64,000 nt of DNA from Sedimentisphaerales bacterium (GCA_963666285.1 OY762711.1), one strand, 5' to 3'. Positions 20,791 to 29,823 are shown, counted from the stretch's first letter. A program made the numbers and translations. Notes: generated from the sequence alone by a model not told the origin.

Positions 20791-20825
20791 TTTCTTAACC
20801 ACGGATGAACGCAGATTCACACTGA
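20791..20825 (+). repeat. 35-bp direct repeat, copy 2
   Basis: Matches 19367-19401. Confidence 0.95.
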
Positions 20826-21632
20826 TCAAAAATCTACAGAAGACTCCAACGCCTTTTTATGATCTAGTTCTACCCAGAGCTTAGCCCCAGCAAAATCATA
20901 TCGAAAAAAATAACTTGATCGCTTATATCTTACGCTATTGTGAGGGTAAGACCTATCATTCCATCTTTTTGTGCTTTCGACCCATAAATTATATTCATTC
21001 GGAAAGATATCCAATGCAACTCTTGCTGCATCTTCCGTTTTACAATTAGCCCACATGAATCCCATGTGATCTAAAACAAGCCCCATTCCAGTGCCGTCCA
21101 TCTTCCAAAAGCTAAAGACTTTGCAGCCATTATCGGCCTCGAAATCGAGCCTAACAGTGCCGATACAATCTTTGTTAACATTATAACCCTTTGATTCAAC
21201 ATGCCGCTTGAACTCATTGTAACTCATGTAAACAGGTTCGGTCGATGGCAAAGCTGTCCAGCCAACATCATAAATAGAAATACTGCCATTATAGATGCTT
21301 TGTCGCAATTCATCATAGCTTAATTTCAACAGATCAACCTTACTGGTTGTCGATTCTAGTATCACTCTATTGCTTGATTCAACAAGTTCCTGGTTTATCT
21401 CTTGCAAGGCCTTTACTTGCTTCATGCGGTGTTTATCCCCAAATTGAAACCCGGCAATACTGCCAACCAGAAGAGTAATTATAGCAATGATAACAACCAT
21501 ACCCGAATTGCTCTTTTTGCCTCCTGGAACAATATTTTCAATCTCGCAAACCGGGCATTTCAGAGACTGCCCAACCAAAGATTCAGGTGCTTCCATCTGC
21601 TCTTTACAGCGTTTACACTTAAAATATACCAT
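20826..21632 (-). CDS. Zinc-ribbon, single-TM membrane protein (moron-like)
   Basis: CKRC..CPVC, TM helix, C-terminal soluble domain. Confidence 0.75.
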   Translation of the reverse strand: MVYFKCKRCKEQMEAPESLVGQSLKCPVCEIENIVPGGKKSNSGMVVIIAIITLLVGSIAGFQFGDKHRMKQVKALQEINQELVESSNRVILESTTSKVDLLKLSYDELRQSIYNGSISIYDVGWTALPSTEPVYMSYNEFKRHVESKGYNVNKDCIGTVRLDFEADNGCKVFSFWKMDGTGMGLVLDHMGFMWANCKTEDAARVALDIFPNEYNLWVESTKRWNDRSYPHNSVRYKRSSYFFRYDFAGAKLWVELDHKKALESSVDF

Positions 21633-21948
21633 AACTCACACCTCATTTTCTGTTAAAATCTATATAATTTAATAACTCAGAAATATTTTTTAGAAATTTT
21701 CTGCCTTATTATATATCGGCAGTATCTTTATCAATACTGATATCAAAATTATTATCAGACCTGCAAGCACTCACATAATAAATTGTAAAATATATACTTG
21801 TGTTGCATTAAAAAAACATTAAAGTTTTTATATCTGGACTAAAATGATTCACTCATGAAAAGTTGGGGGTTTGCTATGGAAAAAATTGAAACTAATACAG
21901 ACGTAAAAAAACATAAACATTACGATCTAGTAAAAGAGCTAATCAAAC

Positions 21949-22197
21949 CTATAGCTCTCCAGATTCTTTTAGATCTAAAATCACCTGCCGTACTAAAGGC
22001 ACAAGAGAATTCGAGTCATCAAAACCGCCAGCCATAAGTGCTGTCTGAACCTCAGCAGGTAATTTAATCCAAAACTTTGCAGCTCCCTCAACAGCTCTTT
22101 TTTTTATATAGCCACGTTCTTCAACCTGGAGATCAAACGCTTTTATCACCTCAACGTCAATATCTCCACCAAAGTTTTTCTTTTTTTTTCCTGTCAT
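21949..22197 (-). CDS. Putative repressor, ribbon-helix-helix-like
   Basis: KKNFGGDIDVEVIKAFDLQVEERGYIKKRAVEGA strand-helix-helix pattern; divergent from early operon. Confidence 0.6.
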   Translation of the reverse strand: MTGKKKKNFGGDIDVEVIKAFDLQVEERGYIKKRAVEGAAKFWIKLPAEVQTALMAGGFDDSNSLVPLVRQVILDLKESGEL

Positions 22198-22207
22198 ATC
22201 TTAATTA

Positions 22208-22335
22208 TTCTCAAGTTCTTATGAGTTTTCAACGCATTTATCCTTGAGTTTTCTTGATTTTTCTTGATGTTTACGTTTGACACATTCCGATAAGGGTGTT
22301 AATATTCACTCAAGATTACTCAAGATTTCTTGATA
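22208..22335. promoter_or_regulatory. Divergent switch region with operator-like repeats
   Basis: CTTGA at 22243/22253/22263/22329, TCAAG at 22211/22310/22320; TTGACA-17-TAATAT from 22277. Confidence 0.7.
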
Positions 22336-22354
22336 ATTAAATATAGAGATCAAT

Positions 22355-22552
22355 ATGGCAAGAGCAAAAACAGTAAAAGCTATCACATTATCAAGCAACG
22401 TCTATCCAGAATTGATAGAACTGGCTAACGAAGCTGCCAGGGCTGAAGAGCGTTCCGTTCACGATCTTGCAAATCGTATTCTCACGGCAGAATTTCAGAA
22501 TATTATCAACGCCCATCGTCAATCTATCACTAACAAGAAATCAGCGAGTTAA
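22355..22552 (+). CDS. Arc/RHH-like regulator 1
   Basis: VKAITLS..LIELANEAARAEERSVHDLANRIL. Confidence 0.7.
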   Translation: MARAKTVKAITLSSNVYPELIELANEAARAEERSVHDLANRILTAEFQNIINAHRQSITNKKSAS

Positions 22553-22555
22553 TTT

Positions 22556-22735
22556 ATGTCAGACGAATATGTAAAATCCGTCAGCTTCAACCACGATACA
22601 GACCCCGGCATCATCGCCCTGGCCAACGAAGGTGCCAGGTCCGCCGGTTGCAGTGTCGCTGAATTCGTCCGCCGCGTCCTGACAGCCGAGCTGCCTCGCT
22701 ACGCACCAAATAGTAATATCAACTCAGTCCTATAG
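22556..22735 (+). CDS. Arc/RHH-like regulator 2, paralog of preceding gene (59 aa)
   Basis: Below ORF-track cutoff; MSDEYVKSVSFNHDTDPGIIALANEGARSAGCSVAEFVRRVLTAELPRYAPNSNINSVL aligns with the 22355 protein. Confidence 0.75.
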   Translation: MSDEYVKSVSFNHDTDPGIIALANEGARSAGCSVAEFVRRVLTAELPRYAPNSNINSVL

Positions 22736-23241
22736 CGGCTGAGTAAAAAACACCAGGCAGCGTCACCTGCCTGGCATAAATATAACCGGGCACGGATAGC
22801 CCGCAAAAATAATTACGGAAGGACTTGTTATGACCGCAAAAAACTTAAAACGCATCGGCATCGCCGAAACCATAACTCTTCACTCTTCACTCTTAGTTCT
22901 TCACCCAGCAAGGTTTCATCCTTCATAATTCATAATTCATTCGAATCTGCCTCCCCCGGTTCTTGCCGGAACGATTTAAAGCAGGCAGGGCAACTGGCGA
23001 GCTTGCCACATCCGTTCGCCACATATAGTAACTAACTTTGACAAGTAAATATAGACAGGTTCCAGTAGCCAGGTTTCAGGTTCCAGTGAAGACATAAAAT
23101 CAGCTTCGCCGAAGGCGAGACCTTCCCTAACACCTAATACCCAATACCTAACACCTGTTAAATCGACCTCCTTTTTCAAAGCGGCGAGCTCAACGCACTC
23201 GCCGGTAAACGTGGGGCCGGGGCGGCAGGGACGCTGCTCAA

Positions 23242-23697
23242 ATGGTTAAGGACGACCGCCCGGCCAATTTTATTATCCTGGCAGCTGACAGCTCATCGCT
23301 CGAAGCTAATCAAAACTTAAAACAGATTTTCAAAGAACAATACAACTATAGCACCGGCAGTTTATGCCGGGTAGATAAAAATAGAATGAATTTTATACCG
23401 TACATGATAATCACAATTATTACAACAGACCAAATCGGAGCGGTAGCCTTCGAGCTAGTCGAAAGACAGACCATGTCGGCTGCAGATGCTATACAGCAAA
23501 TCCAGGCAGTCGCCCTCGTAGGCAGCTCCGATTCTTTAGATCTCGACTCAATCGAGGCGATGTTGGCAGAGACTTACTCCGGTCAACGGGCAAACAACGA
23601 TCACTCCTCAGGCCAACCGCCTCACTTTGTTAATAACGTGACAATGCACACATTTTTGGATATCACAACTCAATGGCTCAAGCTCGCTCCGGATTAG
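23242..23697 (+). CDS. Hypothetical early protein
   Basis: ORF; true start probably later (23386 or 23404). Confidence 0.45.
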   Translation: MVKDDRPANFIILAADSSSLEANQNLKQIFKEQYNYSTGSLCRVDKNRMNFIPYMIITIITTDQIGAVAFELVERQTMSAADAIQQIQAVALVGSSDSLDLDSIEAMLAETYSGQRANNDHSSGQPPHFVNNVTMHTFLDITTQWLKLAPD

Positions 23698-23885
23698 CTG
23701 CCTGCCAGTAACCTTATGACGATCAAATTAAGATGAGCGATAGCGACAACCGGCCCTTATGCCTTATCCCTTATCCCTCATCCCTGAATTCATTAACCAT
23801 GTTACTATTGTTAAACATTAAGTATAAGCCGCTGTCGGCGGCGTAGCCGACAGCTTTTTTCAAAAACACTAAACCACAGATAAAC

Positions 23886-24116
23886 ATGCCAGAAATAAAA
23901 AATGGACAACCGATCAGAATCGACGATCTATCAGAAGTATTATCTGTATATCTTGCGATCAACGTAGGTTTAACAAGCAGAGGCGAACCAATGTGTAACA
24001 CTTGCGGAGCAATAGCCAAAAGAAAAAAAGGCAATCATTTCAAAGATGTCTCACATGCCAAAGGTTGTTCCGCTATCAAGGCGGTAGAAATCGCAAAGAT
24101 CCTTGACGAATTATAA
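23886..24116 (+). CDS. Small putative Zn-binding protein
   Basis: CNTC...H...C. Confidence 0.6.
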   Translation: MPEIKNGQPIRIDDLSEVLSVYLAINVGLTSRGEPMCNTCGAIAKRKKGNHFKDVSHAKGCSAIKAVEIAKILDEL

Positions 24117-24123
24117 ATTAATA

Positions 24124-24214
24124 ATCCGTGTTAATCCGTGTGAACCCTGCACCGGATGGTGCAAGGGGATTCGTGGTCCAAAAAAACAATCATCAAAGAA
24201 CAGGAAACTTAAAA
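24124..24214 (+). repeat. About 90-bp direct repeat, copy 1 (includes RBS)
   Basis: Near-identical to 24965-25054. Confidence 0.9.
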
Positions 24215-24217
24215 CAA

Positions 24218-24490
24218 ATGTTACACGCAAGCGACAAATATAATGGCCGCATTATCGACAAGGAAGGATTGATCCCGGCTGATGAACCGGTGTTCTTGTT
24301 ACGAGCGCAGGACCCATTATCGATCGATCTACTCGAAGACTATATCGAGAAACTGGAACAGGAACTGGACGAGCGGGTACCTAACATTACAGATGACAAC
24401 GTACAGAAGCTGGACGATCTCAGACCTCACCTTGACCGTTTTCGAGATTGGCAAGCATTGCACCCTGATAAGGTAAAACTTCCAGACTAA
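24218..24490 (+). CDS. Hypothetical phage protein (DEPVFLLRAQD motif)
   Basis: ATG 24218 after AGGA; upstream extension in ORF track is repeat DNA. Confidence 0.7.
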   Translation: MLHASDKYNGRIIDKEGLIPADEPVFLLRAQDPLSIDLLEDYIEKLEQELDERVPNITDDNVQKLDDLRPHLDRFRDWQALHPDKVKLPD

Positions 24491-24494
24491 TATT

Positions 24495-24758
24495 ATGAGC
24501 AAATTCAACAAAATGAAATCAGATTTTCAAAACTGGATGGACAACAAACTAGAATCCAGGCAGCTGAAAAACCTTAACCGGCATACTTCTATCTGCCTCG
24601 ACCTGGAACGCAAGGAACCGTTCAAGATCAAACAGATAAAGCCTGATTCGATTTGCAGCTCTGAAACCAGTATCAGTTTCAACGAAGCAACCGCTAAACA
24701 GCTTTACGATTTCCTGGAAGAGCTATTCAGAGAAGAGGAGGTCAGCAATGGCAAATGA
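24495..24758 (+). CDS. Hypothetical early protein
   Basis: 87 aa coupled ORF. Confidence 0.6.
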   Translation: MSKFNKMKSDFQNWMDNKLESRQLKNLNRHTSICLDLERKEPFKIKQIKPDSICSSETSISFNEATAKQLYDFLEELFREEEVSNGK

Positions 24759-24972
24759 TATTATTTCAGATGACGCTTGGCTATATTTTATCGATAGATG
24801 GTTGCATCCGAGTAGGCCAACGACTGCCCTGGTGTACAGAATGATGATCCTTGAAAATAAAACATATAAACATGATTGGAAAATCCCATCATTGTCAACC
24901 ATGTACAGGTTAATCGAAAATCGTATTTCAAAAAAAACTCAGAAATATTTCCGTAAAGGAATTTATTCGTGA
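24748..24972 (+). CDS. Stand-alone Mu transposase I-gamma-like DNA-binding domain
   Basis: Aligns by eye with an internal segment of the 26667 transposase; GGAGG RBS. Confidence 0.75.
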   Translation: MANDIISDDAWLYFIDRWLHPSRPTTALVYRMMILENKTYKHDWKIPSLSTMYRLIENRISKKTQKYFRKGIYS

Positions 24973-25054
24973 CCATTCGCGTGAACCCTGCACCGGATGG
25001 TGCAAGAGAATTCGTGGTCCAAAAAAACAATCATTAAAGAACAGGAAACTCAAA
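24965..25054 (+). repeat. About 90-bp direct repeat, copy 2
   Basis: Near-identical to 24124-24214. Confidence 0.9.
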
Positions 25055-25246
25055 ATGAAAGGACTATTAACAATAACAATATGTATCGCACTCGCCTGGC
25101 TGCTGGCAGCTATCGGGGTATGGCTGAACATATGTAAAAGAGACTTTACCGTAACCGGCATGATAGTAATCTTATGCCTCATCGGCATCGCCTGGGACCT
25201 GACATGCAGCAAGAGCAGCGACAACCAAGAGACTACTGGCCGATAA
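25055..25246 (+). CDS. Small two-TM membrane protein
   Basis: Two hydrophobic helices; RBS inside repeat. Confidence 0.6.
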   Translation: MKGLLTITICIALAWLLAAIGVWLNICKRDFTVTGMIVILCLIGIAWDLTCSKSSDNQETTGR

Positions 25247-25452
25247 TCAACCGGCTCTACGCTGCCGGTAAGCAACTGACCTGGCCGGAGCAATGCTTCA
25301 TCAGCCAGTGCAATATAGCCCGCCAGACATACGGTCATGCCATGCAGCTCAGCGATAAGCAGTTTGACTGGCTCGACAGATTAAAAGAAAAATACGAACA
25401 CTTAATAAAGGATCATCATGATAAACCTGGAACTAACAAACGATCAGTTTAA
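25174..25452 (+). CDS. Hypothetical protein
   Basis: LTWPEQCFI..LSDKQFDWL pattern; start possibly 25204. Confidence 0.55.
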   Translation: MPHRHRLGPDMQQEQRQPRDYWPIINRLYAAGKQLTWPEQCFISQCNIARQTYGHAMQLSDKQFDWLDRLKEKYEHLIKDHHDKPGTNKRSV

Positions 25453-25594
25453 CACAATCATGCTCGCCTTAAAGAGCGAGCTGAATCAGCACATGCGGTC
25501 AGGCAATATGCCGAAATCCGAGCAGGTTGTAGTAGATGTAATAGACACAATCGAGCAACAGGTAAAAGCTCAGGTAGAAGCAGCCGCAGCTTAA
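25418..25594 (+). CDS. Small hypothetical protein (58 aa)
   Basis: MINLELTNDQFNTIMLALKSE..., AAGGA RBS; below ORF-track cutoff. Confidence 0.55.
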   Translation: MINLELTNDQFNTIMLALKSELNQHMRSGNMPKSEQVVVDVIDTIEQQVKAQVEAAAA

Positions 25595-25664
25595 TTCGTG
25601 ACCATTCGTGGTCAAAAATATTCCCAGCAAGGACGCTGGCATAACTAATAGGAACGGACGCCTT

Positions 25665-26153
25665 ATGTTAGATAAGGACACAATTGAAGTGAGTGACGAT
25701 CATCTACTACTGAGCAATAAGCTGGAAGAACATAATATCACAGTCCAGCAGCTTTCAAACATGACAGGGCGTGCCTGCTCAACCTTATATAGATATTTGA
25801 TGGGCGGGCAAACTATTCCGTCAATCGTCTGGCGTGTTATATACCAGAAAACCAAAGACCAGGAGATCTTAAAACTTATCACTGGCGATCTGCCATTAGT
25901 AATAGCTGACATGTCGGAGATCCTGGACCCGAATTTCGGTATCCCGGAGCTCCGCAAGATCATGGAGATGCGACAGGCCCAGCTCGACAGTGAACAGAAC
26001 ATCGTTAACATTCTAGCCGATGGTAAGATAGACGCCAGCGACCGGAAAGAGATCGAGGAATATCGCAAAAACATCAAACAGCAGCTCCGCACCGAATACC
26101 AGATATATCTAACCATCGACCGTTTATACGAAAAGGCTATAAGAAATGCTTGA
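25665..26153 (+). CDS. HTH regulator, phage CII (P2/186)-like
   Basis: N-terminal HTH (VQQLSNMTGRACSTLYRY), C-terminal LADGKIDASD. Confidence 0.65.
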   Translation: MLDKDTIEVSDDHLLLSNKLEEHNITVQQLSNMTGRACSTLYRYLMGGQTIPSIVWRVIYQKTKDQEILKLITGDLPLVIADMSEILDPNFGIPELRKIMEMRQAQLDSEQNIVNILADGKIDASDRKEIEEYRKNIKQQLRTEYQIYLTIDRLYEKAIRNA

Positions 26154-26568
26154 ACAATATAATGACATTAACATACCTTGTCCAGTGGAAGATTGCGACG
26201 GGCACCTGACAGAGCCGCTCATCTGGAACAATGAAATAATTACAGGCACCGCCCCAACCCGCCGGGTTTTCGGCTCTTGTAATTGTTGCGGCTGCGACAT
26301 CAACCTGGAGCAATATCAGGCCCACCACCGCTGGTTCATCAGCCGCTATTATATCAGCGGCGAGATGGACGGCACCGGTCAGATGCCAAGCGACACTACC
26401 TGGCATGATATTCAGCCGGTCCCGAAGACCGCTGTGCTGATCCCGGTCGAAGCTTTCGAGCGGGTAGAACGTCAGCGTGAGCTTACCAAAGACCAGATCA
26501 CAAATCTTTTGGACACCTTTAAACAGACATTAACAGACATTCAAAGACTAATCAAAAATAATTTATAA
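26146..26568 (+). CDS. Cys-rich hypothetical protein
   Basis: CPVEDC..CNCC; coupled ORF. Confidence 0.6.
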   Translation: MLEQYNDINIPCPVEDCDGHLTEPLIWNNEIITGTAPTRRVFGSCNCCGCDINLEQYQAHHRWFISRYYISGEMDGTGQMPSDTTWHDIQPVPKTAVLIPVEAFERVERQRELTKDQITNLLDTFKQTLTDIQRLIKNNL

Positions 26569-26666
26569 CGGAGATAAAATGAGCCATCAGCGAAATATCA
26601 AATCAGCCCCGCCCCAGGCGGCACCTTCCCTGATGCCTTATCCCTTATCCCTTATCCCTGTATAAC

Positions 26667-28661
26667 ATGAAATACTTAACCGTAAAACAAGCAGCCGAAA
26701 AGCTGAAATTGAACGAAGGCCACATACGCAGGCTATGTGCGTCCGGCGACCTCCTGGGAGCAGCACGCAAGGGTAAAAGCTGGCAGATCCCGGTATCTGC
26801 TCATCCGGATCTGCGCGGAGCCCTGGCACCGGCAGTCAAAGACGATCCAGAAGAACTGCTCAAGGTACCGCTGCCGAAACGTCAGCAGGCAACAGAGCGG
26901 CTCGGCCTGTTAAAACAGATGGAGAAATATATCGGCGGCTATCTAAACCACGGCGGCAACCGTACAGACGCTATCGCCTGTTTCGCTGACATGCAAGGCT
27001 GCTCGGTCCGGTCGCTTACCAGATGGTCCAAGCGATATCGAGAGCAGGGCATACTTGGCCTTGTTGATGCCAGGGGCGGCAGAACCGACGACGATTCAAT
27101 TAGTCCGGAAGCCTGGGATATATTCAAGGACATGTGGCTCGACCAGCGTCGACTGAGCGTACCGACCTGCTATAAGAATTTGGTATATCTTAACCACTCG
27201 CAGCAGCAAAACTGGCAGCTCCCATCCGAGCGAAACATGTATCGTCTCATCCATGAGCGGATCCCGATGCCGGCCCAGGTATTGCATCGGGAGGGCATGG
27301 AAGCCTACAACGCCAAGTGTGCCCCTTACATAATAACAGACAGAGAGGCGATCGAACCGGGCAGCGTCTGGATCGGCGACCATCATCAATGTAACTGCTG
27401 GGTGCGAAATCAGGGCCGATGGATAAGGCCATGGCTAACAGCTTGGGAAGATATGCGTAGCCGTGCATTGGTCGGCTATTGCGTTACAGCCAGCCCTAAC
27501 CAATCAACCATCATGCTCGCCTTCAGGAAAGGCTGCCAGGACTACGGCCCGCCCGAATCGGTAAAGATCGATAACGGTAAAGATTACGATTCCCAGATGT
27601 GGACCGGCACCACAAAAAAACAACGCCAGAAAAAACGCGGCAAGGTTTTGGACGACCAGCAATGCCAGGCGATCATCGGTTTGTACGCTATGATGAATAT
27701 CGACGTAAGCTTCTCGATTCCTTACCACCCTCAGAGCAAGGCAATCGAGCGGTTCTTCGACAGCTTCGACCGTCAGCTCATCAAGTCATTTGACACTTAT
27801 TGCGGCAAAGGCACCCACGCCAAACCGGACACTCTCAACGACTACCTGAAAACGGACAAGGCCATCGCCGCCGCCGACGATCTCGAGAGCTTCGCCGCCA
27901 AGGTCGACCGATATCTAAAGGTATATAACTCTCAGCCGCACTCCGCGAACAAAGGCCAAACCCCGGCATCTGTCATGTCAACCCGTCAGAGCCGCCGTGT
28001 TATAGCCGACGGAACAATGGACCTTCTCTTACAGGTCTGGTCTGGCGAACTGACAATTGGCAAAAACGGCGTCAAGTTCGAAGGCAACTGGTACGGCCAG
28101 TTCAACCCTGAACTATTAAGACGTCAAGGCCAGAAAGTTCGGGTAAGCTACGATCCAGACGACATCACAGAGGTCCGGGTCTTCACCAAGGATTTCGAAT
28201 TTATCACAACCGCAACCCAGCACGAACTGGAGCAGTATGGCAAAGTACACCAGTCAAGCTTGCGAGAAGCTATGAAGCAGAAACGCAAAGCTGCTAAGGA
28301 TATGAAGTCATATCGCAAGACAACCAGGATCGCCAACATGCGGCTATCAGATCTGACAATCGAAGCAGCAGAGCACGCCGCTCAACTAACAGAGCAAGAT
28401 CAGCAGCAGCGAACACCACAGCCGCCAACTATCAAGCCGGTCCAGACCCCGCTCGACAACGCGGTAACAGATGTTAAACGTAAAGAACAACAACAGCAGC
28501 TACGGAAAGCTGTCGGAGCAGACACCGTCTCGGCTATCGATCTGGATTTAGATAGCCTGACCCAGCCGGTCAGCTCCTCGGAAAACTCGTTTAGCTTTAA
28601 CCTATCGGCTTTAGAGCCGAACGAAGAGCCGACCATAAGGCTTTTCGAAAATGGACAATAA
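26667..28661 (+). CDS. Mu-like DDE transposase (MuA)
   Basis: WIGDHH, IDNGKDY, SKAIERFF catalytic core; V.YDP.D C-terminal domain; N-terminal HTH domains. Confidence 0.95.
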   Translation: MKYLTVKQAAEKLKLNEGHIRRLCASGDLLGAARKGKSWQIPVSAHPDLRGALAPAVKDDPEELLKVPLPKRQQATERLGLLKQMEKYIGGYLNHGGNRTDAIACFADMQGCSVRSLTRWSKRYREQGILGLVDARGGRTDDDSISPEAWDIFKDMWLDQRRLSVPTCYKNLVYLNHSQQQNWQLPSERNMYRLIHERIPMPAQVLHREGMEAYNAKCAPYIITDREAIEPGSVWIGDHHQCNCWVRNQGRWIRPWLTAWEDMRSRALVGYCVTASPNQSTIMLAFRKGCQDYGPPESVKIDNGKDYDSQMWTGTTKKQRQKKRGKVLDDQQCQAIIGLYAMMNIDVSFSIPYHPQSKAIERFFDSFDRQLIKSFDTYCGKGTHAKPDTLNDYLKTDKAIAAADDLESFAAKVDRYLKVYNSQPHSANKGQTPASVMSTRQSRRVIADGTMDLLLQVWSGELTIGKNGVKFEGNWYGQFNPELLRRQGQKVRVSYDPDDITEVRVFTKDFEFITTATQHELEQYGKVHQSSLREAMKQKRKAAKDMKSYRKTTRIANMRLSDLTIEAAEHAAQLTEQDQQQRTPQPPTIKPVQTPLDNAVTDVKRKEQQQQLRKAVGADTVSAIDLDLDSLTQPVSSSENSFSFNLSALEPNEEPTIRLFENGQ

Positions 28662-29811
28662 CAACAACAACGACAATGAGCTTGAATATCTAAAAAAAGG
28701 ATTGTCATTAGAGCAGAATCTAATTTTGGAAAGGATTCCAAAAGTGTTCACAGAAGAAAACACAGCAAAAGCAATAGCCAACATAAGATCGTTTATGAAG
28801 GACCATTCCTTCACCAACAAGCAGCTCGCCGACCGTTGCGGCTTCAGCCAGACAACAGTCAGCCAACTAATCAACGGCAAATATCCAGGCGACACACCAA
28901 AAGCGTTAACAACTATTATTAAGTTCATGAACGCTCACTGTCGCAATAAGCTGCACCACAACGAAATGCCCGAATATGTCGAGACCTCAGTCGCTCGTGA
29001 GATCGGAGCACTCATCACCAACACCACATCCTTCAGCCAGAGCGAAGGCAAAATCGGCCTGGTTATTGGAGATGGCGGCCACGGCAAAACCCACTGCCTG
29101 CAAGCCTGGTGCAAAGTCAACCCGCACAACTATTATATCAGGCTGCATTCCTGCATGACCAACAAGGATATCATGGTAGCGATCGCTAAAACAGTCGGCA
29201 GCGATTATTCCGGCAGCATCGCTTACATAATAGATAAGCTCGCAGCGGAACTGGCCGACCGGTTTGCTGTCATAATTATTGATGAGGCCAGCAACCTCAA
29301 GGTCAAAACTCTTGACCTGCTCCGCCAGGCTATATGCCTGGAATGCGGCTGCCCGATGATTCTGTCAGGCAACGCCGCTCTAATAAAAACAATCCACAAA
29401 GATTCAGCTCGCAGCGGCTACGAATCAATCGATCAGTTTAACAGCAGAGTTATGCGAACCTTGAACCTTGACCTGGCCGCCTCAACCAGCACAGACCCGA
29501 ACACAGGTCTCTATACCGAAAAGGATATTATCGATTTATATCAATATCAGGGTATCGGACTGGCCAAAGATGCCGTCGATACCCTGCGTAAGATCTGCCA
29601 GACCCCACACTCCGGCAGATTGCGTGTCTGTGCCGATATCATCAAAGCCCTGCACACCAGCCCAGACATATACAAAGCTCAACTGATCACAGGCCAAAAC
29701 ATAATCACAGCTATTCGCATGCTGCAGCTTCCATTCGCCGACCGGCTGCCGGTCACAGTTGTCAAACCAAAACATCAAACATCCAGCCAGCAGGCCAAAG
29801 CCACAGCATAA
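28651..29811 (+). CDS. MuB-like transposition AAA+ ATPase
   Basis: HTH with GKYPGD, Walker A GDGGHGKT, Walker B IIIDEA, GRLR. Confidence 0.93.
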   Translation: MDNNNNNDNELEYLKKGLSLEQNLILERIPKVFTEENTAKAIANIRSFMKDHSFTNKQLADRCGFSQTTVSQLINGKYPGDTPKALTTIIKFMNAHCRNKLHHNEMPEYVETSVAREIGALITNTTSFSQSEGKIGLVIGDGGHGKTHCLQAWCKVNPHNYYIRLHSCMTNKDIMVAIAKTVGSDYSGSIAYIIDKLAAELADRFAVIIIDEASNLKVKTLDLLRQAICLECGCPMILSGNAALIKTIHKDSARSGYESIDQFNSRVMRTLNLDLAASTSTDPNTGLYTEKDIIDLYQYQGIGLAKDAVDTLRKICQTPHSGRLRVCADIIKALHTSPDIYKAQLITGQNIITAIRMLQLPFADRLPVTVVKPKHQTSSQQAKATA

Positions 29812-29823
29812 CAGAGGTTTAAC

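Noticed and set aside
21855..22037. 60-aa plus-strand ORF
   Set aside because: Overlaps the putative repressor antisense; has a possible RBS but no recognisable motif, left uncalled
18326..25054. Repeats as a CRISPR array
   Set aside because: Spacing is irregular with whole genes between copies; no cas genes
28654..28680. (AAC)n microsatellite at the MuA/MuB overlap
   Set aside because: Short triplet run (poly-Asn); no sign of phase variation
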